A stretch of 64,000 bases of DNA from Atractiella rhizophila (Eukaryota), in NCBI GenBank assembly GCA_021432655.1, contig MU271427.1:1-64000 (forward strand), in the 5' to 3' direction. Position numbers and translations under genes: made by a program. The notes beneath the pieces are model-generated. The model saw only the letters and a list, made by a program, of their open reading frames with translations. It did no database searches and was not told the origin of the DNA. How positions within the stretch are numbered: the stretch's first letter is position 1; each line of letters starts with the position of its first letter. Shown here piece by piece: positions 1 through 12,168 of the stretch.

Positions 1-875
1 AACAACTACTTCGAGTCGATACTTCCTCAGATCATCGAAGCCGGGAATCTGGCACGGGCTGGAAGGCAAGGTTACTAGTGAAATGGGCGGGCTGAACTTG
101 AGATTTGGGAGGTGATGGGATGGAGTGGGTGGAGCAAGGTACCTAGGATTGATCTACATGTTTTTAATGGTGTGTTCATGTTCAATTTCGCAATTTTCTC
201 ATTCATTCTCTCTTTTCACACCGCTATTCTATACTTCATTGGAATTTAATGTTCTTTTCAATGTATACTGAGAAATAGTGCCAACTGGAAGATCGAAGGA
301 AACGGAAGCGGTTACGAAGGGGAGGGCTGATTGTTGCGGCCATAGCTGGCCGGACCAAATGCCAGCGAAACATGAAGACTGCTCAAGATGATGACTGGGG
401 ACCCAAAATTTGAGTCCCTCACGATGTCGTTATTGGCTTCCTCGGCGGGATGTACGACAGGAATACCCGCATAAAATTCAATTTCGAGTTGATCGAAATC
501 GCAAACCGAGCGACGCTGAGATTCCCCTCATTACAGTCCTGAGGTGGATTTCCTAGACTCCAAACTCAACCTGCCGTGTAGTTCAGTATCGCAAACTGCG
601 TGCAGATCAGGCGGCTCATAAATGACCCCTTTTTGATCACACTTGCAATTTGCAATGAGTAATCTTCATTTCAGGCTCATATTCAGTCTCAGGGTGAAGT
701 CTCAGGGTGAATGCTGGCACATCCTCAAATGTTGGCTTACCAAAGCTTTGAGATTTTTCCTCTGCCCTTTCACTGCTGGACCTTTTCGGATCCTTCTAAG
801 AACCGAGGCATCTGTGTCCATAGCCGAGAAAAGGAAATGAAAACATTTCTCCTTGTTTTGCGACCTTTTACAACA

Positions 876-1088
876 TGTTGGAAATCAACGGGCTGATGAG
901 CGAAGCTGAGTACGACTCGGTTACGTTTGGCTGAGCTCATGCAAACAGCAAACACGTGATGAGCACCATGAAATGGAATGTGTGTTTATATAGCTTACAG
1001 CAGTGGCAACTAGAAAGTAGTAGAACATTCCAGAAAACTAAAGAACTTTGCCACTGAGTGGCACGAAACTAGACTGCAAAATCCAACA
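876..1088 (-). mobile_element. Solo LTR of the family of the gag-only element at 5496-7137
   Basis: TGTTG...CAACA termini. The reverse complement is a diverged match to LTR 5496-5702. Flanked by 5-bp TSD CAACA (871-875, 1089-1093). Confidence 0.9.
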
Positions 1089-4000
1089 CAACATCTATCG
1101 AGAAAGGCATTTAAGCACTTTCCGCCGGAGACATCGATGAAAATGATGCAGAACGCCATCCGAGAGGAGGTCATGCGAATGTGTCGTTTCATAATCTCTC
1201 AGCGAGTAGATGACAAATACTTAAGTACGGTCTTTAATATGGGCACGCAAAAAAATTAGAGAATTTCAAGACCGACAAATAACTACCGCTGGGGAGAGGG
1301 GGTTGAGGCGAGAGGAGGCACTTTGACGGACCAGTCAAAAATTCACCTCGCAGAATATCGGCGGTTAGACGGACGTCATCTGGAGGGAAATGCTCTATTC
1401 CTTGGGTGATCGAGCAAATTGCTGGCACTGATCCCAAAGTGCATTCGGGCTTCGATTTCAACCTAAACCCCCCTTCGTCAACTTGCAGACTACGTGCAAC
1501 AGCCTTTCCGCTAACGTGATTCTTGACATCGTCATGATTGACATGGTATTTGGAAGACGCAGTTGTGTCGTGGGAAGCTGCTGTAGGCGAAAGCGAGCGC
1601 CGATTACGTGTATCCACTTTTGGTTTCTTCGCCCTTGGGACTTGATTTGTGCGGTTTTCTTGAGAACGTTGTACAGGACAGCCTGTACTCTTGTTAACCT
1701 GGTGAAAGGGAAGAGAAACATACAAATATTCTCCACCTAAAAAATCAGAAAGATTTTGTAGGGATTCATGGGGAGGGATTTGTCACGGGTAGTAAAGGAC
1801 CCTTTGTCTGATGATTGCAGAGGGGTGAAAAAGTGTGAGAAGGGATAAAGTTGGCATCTATAATGACCGTTACGGTTTCGGCGTGCCGGAGGAGAGCGTG
1901 CAAGAAGTCCTCGTAACTAATGTTGTCACGACGTGAGACGTCTCACAAATCTCATGGAATGCGTGAGGCTGAGTAAGGAGGCTGCTTGGAAGCGGAGAAT
2001 TCAAACCCAACTTCTCTCACGTCACATACGAGACGCATGAACATTGACAACTGTGATTTAGGCCATTCGAAAAAATTCGTTGGATCAAATGATCGGTCAT
2101 TTCTGATGAATAAGGTCATTTCGGTGGGGTGGATGAAACTACCCCCCAATTTGAACGGCCATTCTCATGAACAAGTGTGGATGAAAACTGTCATTATTTC
2201 TGAGAATCAAATTGTTTGATAAATGCGCCGAATCAAAGGGACATTTCAAGGATGGACTGGGTTGGAGTCATTGCTGAACTGACCGCCGTTCAACTAAGAT
2301 TGAAAGTGTACCCTTCGTTTGAACTGTTCGAACAGTCTGTCTTGTCCTGTCTGTTGCTCCAAATTATTCTTCACCATCCAGACCAAACATACACGGAAAG
2401 GATGGATGTGCTTTATTCCTTTCTGTAGGGTGGCCCTTTAAATAACGAGCCCTCTCTGGCATGCGCCTAACTACTAGGGCTAGCATGTCATTACCAGTGC
2501 ATTTGTGATCATCTCAGCGTCCACCAAAATCCACCGGAGGTCTTGTCTATGATCTTTCAGTATGCAATTTGCAAACAAAACACGGGAGAACGTGGTGGAA
2601 TCACTAAATCGTACTCCTTAGTTTGTCAGGCATGGACTGATGTGTTCAAGTAATGTCTTGTCTGCGTCGATAATGTGATGGTTAACTCGGCTTTATAGAG
2701 AGTTTTCTATGCAGACTCATCGTTCGAACACTATGGGCTCCGCAATCCTTCAAGGAGCCGCCAACATGTCGTCGACTAGGGAAATGACTGCTGCGCTGCT
2801 GGTCAAAAAGCTAACACTCGGTGGCTTTCAAACAGAACGCTTCAATCGAACCTCAACATGCGACGCACGTTGACCCCGCCGCCCGGCTCTTACAAGTTCT
2901 AGTTTTTCCTGCTCTTACAAGTCTTGAAGTCACCATCGCCACATCCATTAACGCATTAACACGTACAAAGAGCGATTTGAAAGAATTCTCTTTTGATGCT
3001 GCAAACGGTCATGACACTCATCCCATCCGACATTGAAACGTTCAAGATCTCAATACCAACATCAAGGATATATCACCTTCTTTACGGAAACAGTCACGCA
3101 AGTTTTTTATTTGTCTTACTATGTGGAGAATTTCACACTCACTAGCGCAGCGGGCTCAAGGGTCCCAGACTTCGTGCGGATAACCAATAATCGCGCCAAC
3201 GAAGACAATTATTCGCTTTGTCATCTCCATCTTTATGGTATCCGATTTGATTATTTCCTATTCTGACTCACGTCTGACGAGAGTTGTCTGCATACCCCAC
3301 GAGGGAAAGCCTTGAAGCATTCAGAAACATCTATAACTAACCTGAATGGCTAAGAAATTGCTCCTTGGATTCGGCACATTTCTACACAAAGTTTGACCGC
3401 AGCAATAGGCGTTCATCCAGCAGATGCATTAAGAATGATCGTTTTCATCCAAGCTTGTTCATGCGAATGCCCGGGCCGTTTGAATTGGAGTGATTTCATC
3501 TATGCCATCCACCGATATGACCTTATCCATCAGGAATGGCCGATTGACCCAAAATATTATTCTTCGAAAGTTATCTCGTCAAGCATAAAACAAGCGAAAA
3601 GCTGGGACAAACGTCTCGCACTGAACAAAACGCCTCACACTGGAGAAACGCTTCGCACTTCAATGAGGAGTTCAGGATGGAAACGCAGCCGTCTGACGAC
3701 TTCGAGGGAAGCTTTTGCGGAAAGATTCTTTGGCCCACCATTGTCTCAGTGATTATTGCATTTGTTCTTTGGAGGATAGGAATCCTTCAGGTATGATGTT
3801 TGTTGTATATTATCCTTTCCACCTGAACCACAATCATTGGGATAACGTAGTTTTATCGCTGCTTCCGCATCATCAGCGCAAAGCGACAATCAGTAAGTTC
3901 ACTCCTCAGCATAAGTACTGTGGAGCTGACAGCTATTGGAACAGCGTAGTGTCATCACCGTCGAGCTGTGCATGATGTTCATCCTCGACATCAGTGACAC

Positions 4001-4965
4001 GTTCGTACTGTTCGGTTAGGCAATTCTGAGCAATGATATCGTGCTACAGTGTCGCCAAGATTGTTTGGTTCGCAAGGTTCCTTCGAGACACCATCTCGCA
4101 TGGCAGTTTGGGTTTCCTGTAAGGGTTTTCGTTCATTCTGTCTCACGAGACTGATACAGGCCTCAGTTGGCCAGATCACTCTATCATAGCACTGTTTGTC
4201 TTTCTCTCCTGGAACCGCTTTTGTCGATATCATGTGTTCCAGGTGAGTAACTGGACCCCTTGTAGCTGTCAGCTCTCACCTCCTCTATGCACGTCGAATC
4301 TATTCTATCAGGAAAGGAGGAGGTTCCAAACATATTACCCTTTGGACTACTGCTCTCATAACTGCAGTGCTTCTCTTAATCATTCACTACGTGGCTGCAC
4401 TTATAAGTCAGTTCTCTTCTTCTCTGCCACATTTCCCCCATTTTGACTTCAAGGCATGTAGCTGGCTACATTTCTATCACGAAGCCGAGTCTGTCGTTTA
4501 CTTTTTTGTTTTATTTTTTGGTAACATTGATGCCCTAACTGGGAGGAAAGGCGACAAGTGGATACCTTTGATGATTCCAAGTGAGTGTTCGATCATTTTG
4601 ATGATGATGTAGTGAGCACATTTTAAGGCGCTTCAGTCGAACTCACGGTATCGGCTTTACTGGACTGTATTCTGTGCTTTTTCTTTGTTCTTGCTCTCAG
4701 GAAGCACTGCTTGGTGAGAGGTGACACCAATTTGTCTGTAAGCCTCCTCTTCTCTATGATCTGCATTGAGTTGAGGGATCTGCCAGACCAACAATGTGAC
4801 CATCTTTCGTGTTCATCTTTTTACTCTGGGAAACTGGCATGATGCTCATACTCCTCCACAGTTAATTTACTTTGCCACCTTGACAAACATTGTTATCGCT
4901 TCCCTTCATCTTCTTGAACTCGTTCTCTTGCTCTCTTTTCCAGAAACCACATACCACATCGCAGG

Positions 4966-5008
4966 TACTTCCTACATTCACTTCCTACATTCACTTCCTA
5001 CATTCACT
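4966..5008. repeat. 13-bp tandem repeat, about 3 copies
   Basis: (C/T)ACTTCCTACATT units seen directly. Confidence 0.85.
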
Positions 5009-5495
5009 ATTTATTAATTGTTGGGACTAGTTCTCCTTATTACCCCCAGCGTTTACTTATACGGGTAAGCGAATTTCTATCGTGTGTCTAAATGTTTTTT
5101 GACCTTACATAGCATTGTTATCCTAATTGTCGCAGCCCGACCTCAGCCATCCTCCCAAGAAATATGGCCGGTGGGTATTCCCTTCGAAATCAGGCTGAAC
5201 GTAAGGATGATTCTTCTGGCACGTGGACTGGACTGGACTAATTAGAGCGCCATTCTAGGGGCAGCCTGGGCAAGTCAACAAAAGGATGTGCCAGGATGTG
5301 GAGCATGATTTTAGCAGAACCAACAGCAACGGGATATGTCAGAGGAACGGGAAGGCCACGAAGATAAGGGACACCCCCAAGAACCTGGAATTCGCTGAGA
5401 GACGATTCCTGGACATGTTTGCCGGCATTTCCATAGAGCATACGCTGTCACGACTACACAGTCTTGTGTCCAGACTGAAGGATGCTGAATGGATG

Positions 5496-7137
5496 TGTTG
5501 GATTTTGCAGTCTAGTTTCGTGCCACTCAGTGGCAAAGTCCTTTAGTTTTCTGGAATGTTCTACTATTTTCTAGTTGCCACTGCTGTAAGCTATATAAAA
5601 CACATAGAATTCCATTTCCTGGTGCTCATGCGTTTGCAAGAGCTCAGCCAAACGTAACCAAGTCGTACTTAGCTCCGCTCCTCAGCCCGTCGATTTACAA
5701 CACAAACGCATCCGGTTAGACCACCGTCACCAGTCCAGAAGAGCGGATCTGTACGACCCACGCGCCACCCATGTCGACCCACACTGTTGGAATTCATTCA
5801 CTCATCCGCGAAATTCCAAAGCTCGATGGAACGAACTATGCAGACTGGAAATTTGCTGTTACCCTCGTCCTGAAGAAATGCAATTGCTGGGATATCCTTA
5901 CAAGCACGACAGATGGTGTCCAGACAAGGACTGCATCCGATGAAACAAAGAGACAGCTTGAAGACTCACTTACAATAATTGGACTCAGCCTCGATCCGTC
6001 ACAGTTCATGTATGTTCGAAGCAGCACTACTGGTCCAGAAGCATGGAAAGCCCTGAAGGAGAAGTATGAGAAATCCTCAAAAGCGAACAGAATCACCTTG
6101 AAACGCGCATTTTACACGACAAAGCATGATTTCAGCGCCCCCATTGAACAATTCATCTCCCACGTCCTTGAATCAGCATCAAAAATGAAATCAATCGGCC
6201 TAACCCTGTCAGACCAAGATATTACAGATGTCCTGACATTCAACCTTGCAGAAACATGGGGAAGCCTCGCCAGCACGCTCATGGCCACGAAAGGGGAGCA
6301 GACAATTGATGAAGTCGTTTCAGCACTCAGGGATGAAGAGAGGAGAAGAGGTGGAATACCAGGAGAGATAGAGATAGCTGCAATGGCTAGAGCAGCGCCT
6401 AAATGGGGAAGGAAGGAACAACAGAGGGAGAATAGTCGAAGATTTGAACGATATTCAGAATCCCAGAATAACGGTACCTCACGAGCTTGTTGGATATGTG
6501 GCAATCCCACTCACATTGCTCGAGATTGCGACAGAAAAAGCAAAGCCACAGGAGAGTACACACCTAGCTATCAATGAAGCCTTGATAGATGCAGCTTTTT
6601 TAAAAAGAAGAAAAGAAGATTGAGGGGAGTAATAGTTGAATGGTCTCAAGATCCGGTGAAATTTGGCGAATGGAGGGCCGTGTATCATCTTCAGGCGTAG
6701 GAAGAAGATCTTTCATCGTTGGTGAAGCATCATGGGACAGCTATGACCTCGTATTGATGTGCCTTGAAGCTGGCAGAAGCAAGAAATCGGCGGAAGTTTT
6801 GATGAGTATTAAAGTTTGAGATCCCCTTGTTGAGAATTGAATTGACTCTTGTTTACCTTTCAAAATGACCTTATCGATTAACTTTACTTTCTATTGATTA
6901 CCTCGTGGCACTCCACAAGCCTGGGCGGAAGTGTTGGATTTTGCAGTCTAGTTTCGTGCCACTCAGTGGCAAAGTCCTTTAGTTTTCTGGAATGTTCTAC
7001 TATTTTCTAGTTGCCACTGCTGTAAGCTATATAAACACATAGAATTCCATTTCCTGGTGCTCATGCGTTTGCAAGAGCTCAGCCAAACGTAACCAAGTCG
7101 TACTTAGCTCCGCTCCTCAGCCCGTCGATTTACAACA
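5496..7137 (+). mobile_element. Non-autonomous gag-only LTR retrotransposon (1642 bp, Copia-type Gag)
   Basis: LTRs 5496-5702 and 6932-7137 (TGTTG...CAACA) are near-identical, with one 1-nt indel seen. TSD GGATG at 5491-5495 and 7138-7142; the paralogous site near 21965 has a single GGATG. Purine-rich GGGCGGAAG precedes the 3' LTR. No pol. Confidence 0.93.
5771..6577 (+). CDS. gag: Copia-type Gag (UBN2-like) with CCHC zinc knuckle, 268 aa, intact
   Basis: IPKLDGTNYADWKF N-terminus; AWKALKEKYEK motif; knuckle CWICGNPTHIARDC. Confidence 0.9.
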   Translation: MSTHTVGIHSLIREIPKLDGTNYADWKFAVTLVLKKCNCWDILTSTTDGVQTRTASDETKRQLEDSLTIIGLSLDPSQFMYVRSSTTGPEAWKALKEKYEKSSKANRITLKRAFYTTKHDFSAPIEQFISHVLESASKMKSIGLTLSDQDITDVLTFNLAETWGSLASTLMATKGEQTIDEVVSALRDEERRRGGIPGEIEIAAMARAAPKWGRKEQQRENSRRFERYSESQNNGTSRACWICGNPTHIARDCDRKSKATGEYTPSYQ

Positions 7138-7949
7138 GGATGGAACTGCCTGTATATGATACAGGTGATTACGCTTTCGACCGCATATGCGTCCTCGCGC
7201 TCAGGATCTCCGACGTAACGAACGCGGAATCGTGGGTCGTTTTGACCAAGATGGTACAGACGATGAAATTTGCTATTGAGGTATATGAGTGCGTTTTCTT
7301 AACATTTGTTCAGAATCGATTACAGAGACTACATAGGTGGGAGATGGCCCGGCCGCGAGACCAGAAGGCCAAGCGGCAGATGTTCAATCGATCCAGGGCC
7401 CACCAACATCTACTTAAGGTAATGGATAATCTGGACCTTCGATGGAAAGAAAAGAGGAATACCGAATTGAAACTAATTCAAGACTTTCAGATGTTTGAAT
7501 CAACTTTTGTTCTAGGCCCAAGACTATATCAAGCCTGTAGACAATGTGCGTTTACCATTTGGTTTTGCAGGACTGCAACTGATAGCACCGAGTTTCACCT
7601 CATATCCTGCTCATTTTCAGTATGGAGCCATCAAGCATCAAATCAATAGGAGATTTGGGACAAAACTCATGGATGCAGGTGCAGCATGCCATTGCTCACC
7701 CCAACCTATACAACAGTGACTTCGGTACCTACAAGGATGGCTGTACTTATGATTCTGGTAACAATCGTAATCGTCATACCTTGCACCGAACTACTTATAC
7801 ATTCACAGCTTTCATAGCTAATGGTCAACTCGACAAAAAAACGTGATACAACATCACCGATTCGAGAAATGCTTAATGGCTTGAAATTGCATGACACCAC
7901 CGTGTGCACGCCTTTGTCACAATCAGATCATAATCACAAAGCAACCAAA

Positions 7950-9644
7950 TGCCGGGACTGTAAAATGGTTTCTGGCAGCTGAGTTCGTCCTGATTTTGCT
8001 TCTTCCTCGCGGATTTGCTCCATGAGCAGCTTTGCTTTTGTTGAAATCCAACCAGCGGAAGCCATGCGATCAAAATATGCAGATATCCAGCGATACTTTT
8101 AGTTTGTAGTCATCAGTGCAGTGTTTCTGGTTAGAGACGACATACATCTTGTGGGTTTGAAGCTTCCAACCCTGCAAAAAGCAAGCACCAAGGGAAGATA
8201 TGATGTGAAGGGTCTTCGCCTGATTGAGCGATTGTCACTCCAATTGTTACGATTTCGGAGCCGTAATGACTTTCGGGTCGACAGTGGATAATTCGGGTAA
8301 GGTAAATGATGAGAGAATTGACAAAAACAGATTTGTACAGGAGATTGAGCAGGTCAGGGCTAAAGTTGACGAAAATGGCCGGAATGCCATCAATGCAATA
8401 CGACAGACGAAAATCATGGCCGCCATCCAGTTGCTCCTTGAAAGAAATTATGCGTTGAAGGATCACCCTGCCTCCTTCAATAGCTGTGTCAAATTGCTCC
8501 GTAATAGCAAGAGAGCTTCGAAAGGCCTACAGTTCATGGTCCAGCGTTGACACCTGAGCAGCAAATTGATAGAGCCTACACCGCAGCTCTTGTATCCACG
8601 TTGAATAAATAGAAAGAGGGCTCACCGTAGCCAGTCCACATACATGGAAGGAAGGGCCACACTAAGGTTATCTCCAAGGGAAGGACCGAAAGTCGACTCC
8701 AGAAGCCAATGCAAGAACTTTGGCACTCGGGCTCCAAAGGAAGAGGAAGTAAAGCAAATTCGAGCGAGAATGATAGCACAGGATTGTGCGGTAGAGGGTA
8801 AACTCGCGAAGGTCTGGTTGGTAGAGGTCACTGCTTCTCGTGCCATGTCGAAGATGAGGTCCATCGTTTGTGAAGTTGTCCCGTGACTGACCTCCCATAG
8901 TGCGTAAACAAGCAAGGTAGCAAGAATAATGTCGACTCTGGGGTGGACAGCAGAGCTGTCCCAAGGATACTCGAGAAGCATCGTGGACCTTTGATGTTTA
9001 GAATGGGCGATAGTAAGGAGATCCGGTCGGTCAATTTGTCTGCTCAGATGGAGCGCGGCATAAGCCATGAGGCCTATCCCAAAGTTGAGGCAAGACAGTA
9101 ACGGTGTTAAACTTTCTCTCACCTTCATAGAGTGGCGCAGAAAAGAGGGATTTTAGGAACAAATCGAGTAAAAAGTTCGGCTGTTGGGGCTCAATGGCTT
9201 TGGATGTTGGCGCCAGTACTTCCACAAAGTGTCGGATGAAACTTTCGTCCTGCAACGATAACTGGATGGGCCGTTGCGGAGGGAATGTAGTTCGTTGCTT
9301 GAGAATTTCCAATTTGGATTGATTCAAGGACGACGGTGTGCCTGATGTGATTTCCGGTTGGTTAATTGGTGGAGGCGTAATCGAGGAACGTTCGGCTTTG
9401 GGCGTCCTCCTGCTTAGAGCTCTAGAGGGCATTGCTCGGAATGATGAGAGATACTGGGGTTGTGTTTGCGATGTGGTTTGAGAATTCTGTTCAGGAGATG
9501 GGTGAGAAGGGGTCGTGGGATAAGAATCCAACGGTTGGTCCTGAACAGTGTGATGTGCTGCTATATGGTCTTTTGCGTAGACACAGTTGAGGTACAGCCG
9601 TCCGCAATTAGCACACACAGGCTGCTCCTCGCCACATTTCACAC
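7950..9644 (-). CDS. Zn(II)2Cys6 transcription factor with fungal-specific C-terminal domain; 5' end cut by the gap, possibly degenerate
   Basis: VKCGEEQPVCANCGRLYLNCVY gives the last four Cys of a GAL4-type cluster, followed by a Ser/Pro linker and helical segments (ILATLLVYALWEVSHG; 8131-8466 frame). Exon structure and 3' end are approximate. Confidence 0.8.
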
Positions 9645-9669
9645 NNNNNNNNNNNNNNNNNNNNNNNNN
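9645..9669. other. Assembly gap (25 N)
   Basis: Run of 25 n. Confidence 1.
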
Positions 9670-9855
9670 GAGTTTTTTCTCGGAGAACGAGCATCGAGAT
9701 GACGACTTGATTTTCTGCACAAAGGATACTTCATTAACAACTTACCTATTAACTCTGGGAATTACTCCATAAGGCCCATATGGTTTGGGGACTGTTAGGC
9801 TCCATCCGTGTTTTAGTGCGCTACAATTTCTAGATACATTTTAAAGTTGGAATCC

Positions 9856-9882
9856 ACAATTCAAAGACCCATGGTGTATCAT
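9856..9882. repeat. Second TIR plus TA of the pogo element, displaced inside the reversed block
   Basis: The complement of 9856-9882 is TGTTAAGTTTCTGGGTACCACATAGTA, identical to 16359-16385. After reversal it becomes the inverted partner at about 12868-12894. Confidence 0.9.
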
Positions 9883-10561
9883 CCAGCAAGAGAAAAGCAT
9901 AGAGTGTGAGAGTGGTTGTTTGATGGAAACTCTTGGCTAGCACAAGGAACTAAGATGTACACGACCGTTAATCTCAGCGTATGCGTATTCATTGCTCAAA
10001 GTGTTGGTAAGTCTACAACTTTCAGATCGTGAAACAGCCTCCCACCCCGCCACGTCTCCTTCCCTTCCACGCGACGCTGGCAGAGGTCCTCAGTCCTCTG
10101 GCGGCGCAAGTTTAGAACGAGCGGTGAACAGCGTTTAATTAAGCTTTGGAACACGTTTAACTAAATAATTCGTCGCCTGTGGCATTACTCCGGCTCTACG
10201 CTTTCGCACGCTTGCCCGGCCGTAGATCGACTTGGAACTGACTTGGTACCGTGTACACGCAGTAGTATCTCGGCTCTTGTCCTTACGCTGGACTATGAAT
10301 CTTGGTCATGCAATGAAAAGACATTTCACATTTCGACATGTCTCTCCATGACGCACTTCCTTACGCGAGCGCGTCAGAGCCGGAGCCGGCGAGGCGGACG
10401 GAGCGGAAATGTCGAAAACGGGGAAAGTTTTTAGCTGCTGCTGAACTAGACATTTCTCATAGCGGGAATTTTTTACCTCGAGCAAGCTGCCGTGGGAGGG
10501 AAAGGGTGAGAGGAGAATGTAGGTTTGGTGGACGTGGTGGGAGGAAGCAATTAAAGTTCGG

Positions 10562-11669
10562 TACTCAGCGTTGGTCTGACTTACCGAGAGCCTACGTACC
10601 GACCTCGTCCTACGAGGGTCAAACTAGGCACTACGTCTGGAGTAGTTCCACACAGGGAAAAGGAGAGGGGGAAAACGGAACGGGAAATGAGACTACGATT
10701 ACTTGAAAATGTCGAGGAGGTACGCGAGGGAGAACTCGTCGCTTGCTTGCAGAAGCGAAAGATGGAACGGAGGGAGCTATTGCCGCGGCGTGTAAGGTGC
10801 AGGGTTAGTGGAGGGAGAAGGTGGGAGAGGAGGGGCCAGTTCCACTTCGTTCTCCTACTCCCTTTCCTCGCACAGCAGTAACTGGATCTTCGAGGCAAGG
10901 GCTACGTCAAGGGATGCGTCAAGCGGTTGCTCGTACTCCTACAGTTTGGTAGGGAGCGACAACTCTGCCTAGGGAACCTTTCACTACTCCTCCTCCGGCC
11001 AAAGAACTCCCTCCTTTAGTTGCCCTTCTCTACAGGAAAAGCTTTATCACACCCAGGAGGCACACCTCCTCCAAAATCAATACTTCGCTAAACCCGGCCA
11101 TACAAAAAAGGAAGTACATTCCTCCTATCCTTGCCTTCGACTCTCGCTACTTCCCCGTGGGGTTCGTCGTGAGAGACGAAGTGTCGTTGTCGGTAAAGTA
11201 CCCGACGCTCTTGATGAGACTGGAGCTGGGGGGAATGAGCGTGTACAAGTGAGCATAAGGGCGAGTGTAGCTGGACTTCTCCGAACCTGCCGTGAACCTA
11301 GTTGACGGCTTCCGAGAGTGGAAGAATCCACTCAAAGAAAAGAAAAGAAAGTTCAGTTGTAGACGACTATAAGTATGTCCCAGAAGTAGTAACTTTCCCT
11401 TCCCATTTCGACGTGGCTGGTGGAGGCGAGCGATATGGGGCATGGGAGGGAGGTCGCCGTCCAGGAGGTCGTCCCGGAGGTGGAGACGGAGGTGGTAGGG
11501 TAGGAGTAGATCGAGAGGATGGGAGTCGTCGGGAAGATAATCGGCGAGCTGGTTCGCATGGGCTGTACCTCGTTGATGCCATTTCCTTTCCGACCTTCGT
11601 GAACTTCTCTCTAAATAACCGTACCTGCTCTTTAACTGAGACGACAATCTATGGTACCATCTTTTTATT
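10562..11669. CDS. Hidden 4-exon gene of unknown function, readable only as the left-to-right complement
   Basis: ATG at 10562 (MSRNQTEWLSDAWLEQDAPSLIRDADLIK). Intron 10649-10713 GTGTGT..GCTAAT..CAG; intron from 11099 GTATGT..GCTGAG..AAG (frame needs a 1-nt indel in a G run or another acceptor); intron 11329-11379 GTGAGT..GCTGAT..CAG. Ends VKERLEALEERFIGMDEKLTLLLDTMVEK, TAA at 11667-11669. Confidence 0.8.
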
Positions 11670-12168
11670 ATCTGAGAAATTAGTATTACAATAAACAAAG
11701 AACTAATGGACGAACCTCTATTGCTCTCTTAACCACTTAACACAGGGTTTCAATACCAGGTCTCTTTCAATTCCGTAGGCGTTATGATTTTGAATTTTGA
11801 TTCACATTTTTGAGACGTTGCAGCGTGTACTAAAAACGTAATGTCTTAAGGCTTTCTCAAATTGTCGGTAAGTTAACCTAACTTAACTTTCCTCACACTA
11901 GAGTTCTACCTGTTTTCTGGTCTAAGTTGTCCACACGCGGAGAGTAAACCCTTTACAACCCCGCCATAAGTAAAAAGACACTAATGTCTTGAAGGACAAG
12001 TTTAAGGAGTTGTAAATAACTTACGGAACCTCGGTCTGTGGGGGTCCTGTACACTCGTGTTTGTATTTAGTACTTTCGGCCGACTTTAACTAACGTCACA
12101 GATGGAGACAGATGAAAGGCTTACGTTATTTTAGGATAATATGGAGCGAGTTGTTGGGGAGGGGGGTT

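Larger units (their letters stand above)
5331..7748 (+). repeat. Partial inverted copy (~780 bp) of 21352-22128, interrupted by an LTR element
   Basis: 5331-5495 plus 7143-7748 translate to GICQRNGKATKIRDTPKNLEFAERRF...KDAEWMELPVYDTGD...NSWMQVQHAIAHPNLY, nearly identical to minus-strand ORFs 21748-22410 and 21263-21478. Confidence 0.9.

Noticed and set aside
9..95. Chromodomain remnant (RVDTSSDHR...LLVKWAG)
   Set aside because: Too short and degenerate, and at the window edge.
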